Shown here one piece after another: positions 62,781 to 64,000 of a stretch of 64,000 bases of DNA (positions are counted from its first letter, which is position 1; every line of letters starts with the position of its first letter). Made by a program: the position numbers and the translations under genes. The DNA comes from an uncultured delta proteobacterium (GTDB lineage Bacteria > Desulfobacterota > Desulfobacteria > Desulfobacterales > JAFDCJ01), in contig CAVYNY010000010.1 in the NCBI GenBank assembly GCA_963769935.1, positions 704,001-768,000 of the forward strand, in the 5' to 3' direction. The notes beneath the pieces are model-generated. The model was not told where the DNA came from and did not search any database. It saw nothing but the letters and a program-made list of their open reading frames with translations.

Positions 62781-63533
62781 CTACCCCTGAGGTATGGACC
62801 GGCTGAGCCAGTCCTCGAAACGGGTCGGGCCGATGCGCGGGTTATCGCCGGGGGTGAGGCTTTGATCGTTCACCGCCATGCCGTAGTAGCGCGCCTTCGG
62901 ATCGGTGATCACCGTCCGTGCGTCCCCGGTTGCGCTCAGGAATTGCCGCACGAGTTCGTCCTGACGGATCGGTTCGGGACCGGCCATTCGATCGTGCCGT
63001 TCACCGGCTCCCCGAGGGCGACGTCGGCCATGACGGCGGCGACGTCATCCGACACAATAGGCTGCATCAGAGCCGGCGGAAGCCGAACCGTCTGTCCTTC
63101 GGTCGCCGATTGGGCGATGCCGCCCACGAACTCGAAGAACTGCGTTGCGCGGACGATCGTGTAAGGAATCGAGGAAGCCTTGATAAGTTTTTCCTGGGCC
63201 ATCTTTGCGCGGAAGTAACCACTCGCCAGAAGGCGGTCGGTGCCGACGACCGACAGCGCCACATGATGTCCGACGCCCGCGGCGGCTTCCGCGGCGAGGA
63301 GGTTCCGGCCTGATGTCTCGAAAAACTCCAGGACTGCGTTGTCCTCCCACGAGGCGCATTCGCGACATCGACGACCACCTGAGCGCCGGCGAGCGCTTCC
63401 GCCAATCCCTCGCCAGTGACGGTGTTGACACCCGATGAGGTGATGCGGCCACCACCTCATGGCCATGCTGACGAAGCTTGTTCACGAGCTTCTTCCCGAT
63501 AAGCCCGCTGCCCCCGATGACGACGATTTTCAT
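62781..63533 (-). CDS. NmrA-like / atypical SDR NAD(P)-binding protein, frameshifted
   Basis: MKIVVIGGSGLIG, GVGHHVALSVVG, GYFRAK..QE, TIVRATQFFEF. Confidence 0.88.
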
Positions 63534-63672
63534 GGTCGATCCTTTCATTTTTATTCATATTTGACCCTTGTTTTTCCCTTTCACAATTCGGAGAGGAATG
63601 GCCGTGAATTCTCGAACATAGATTGGACTTGCAATTCTCATTCGGTGTTTCTGCCGTAGGCCATTCCGGCCG

Positions 63673-64000
63673 TCACTTCACCGTTACTAGTATCGGAGTC
63701 CCTTTGGTCTTGACCAAGACGACCAGCATTTTGGCCGGCTTGGTCTTGCTTGCGTTCCGGTCCACGACATGAACATCGTTGGGCCCTTCGTAAAACGTCT
63801 GTCCCGGCGTAAGCGTCACTTCTTTTCCTCCTTTCAACTGCATTACAACGGATCCTTCCAGCACGTAGACAAACGCTTGCGCATCGTGCCGATGCACGGG
63901 AGCCTACATCCCCGGCGGATATTCCACGGTAATCATAACGACTTCCTTGTCCGGATTGTCTTTCAGAGCTTTCGACATGAGCGTCGCGACGTTAGGCTGC
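63673..64000 (-). CDS. Cupin-domain protein; 5' end outside the window, one frameshift
   Basis: TVEYPPG, HRHDAQAFVYVLEG, PGQTFYEGPNDVH. Confidence 0.88.

Overview
64 kb of bacterial chromosome, probably from a Desulfobacterales-like deltaproteobacterium. That assignment is an inference from the conserved hypothetical proteins and the many intergenic REP/MITE-type repeats; no rRNA, tRNA or CRISPR array was seen. The core-like genes include murB, nudC, a class A PBP, a SPOR protein, a beta-lactamase-fold/NamZ fusion, a ferredoxin, a ClC-CBS transporter, RidA and a HerA-like ATPase. Four accessory modules stand out. (1) A c-di-GMP-I (GEMM) riboswitch with a terminator precedes an aromatic-rich type IV pilin-like gene. 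(2) A six-gene heme-enzyme operon (16.8-25.3 kb) is headed by an exported plant-type fatty-acid alpha-dioxygenase homologue and includes two catalase-fold proteins lacking the canonical distal His plus a DyP peroxidase. (3) A methanethiol oxidase (SBP56) gene is paired with a MauG-like diheme peroxidase gene. (4) A three-gene operon (48.9-52.7 kb) encodes a GHKL/MORC-like ATPase and two proteins I cannot assign to any family; it is the best candidate for an undescribed, possibly anti-phage, system. A 97-bp MITE occurs in three full copies and one degenerate copy and supplies stop codons to two genes. Frameshifts cluster at 18-26.8 kb and 58-64 kb and look more like long-read indel errors than true decay. 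All calls come from motif recognition by eye; no searches were run.
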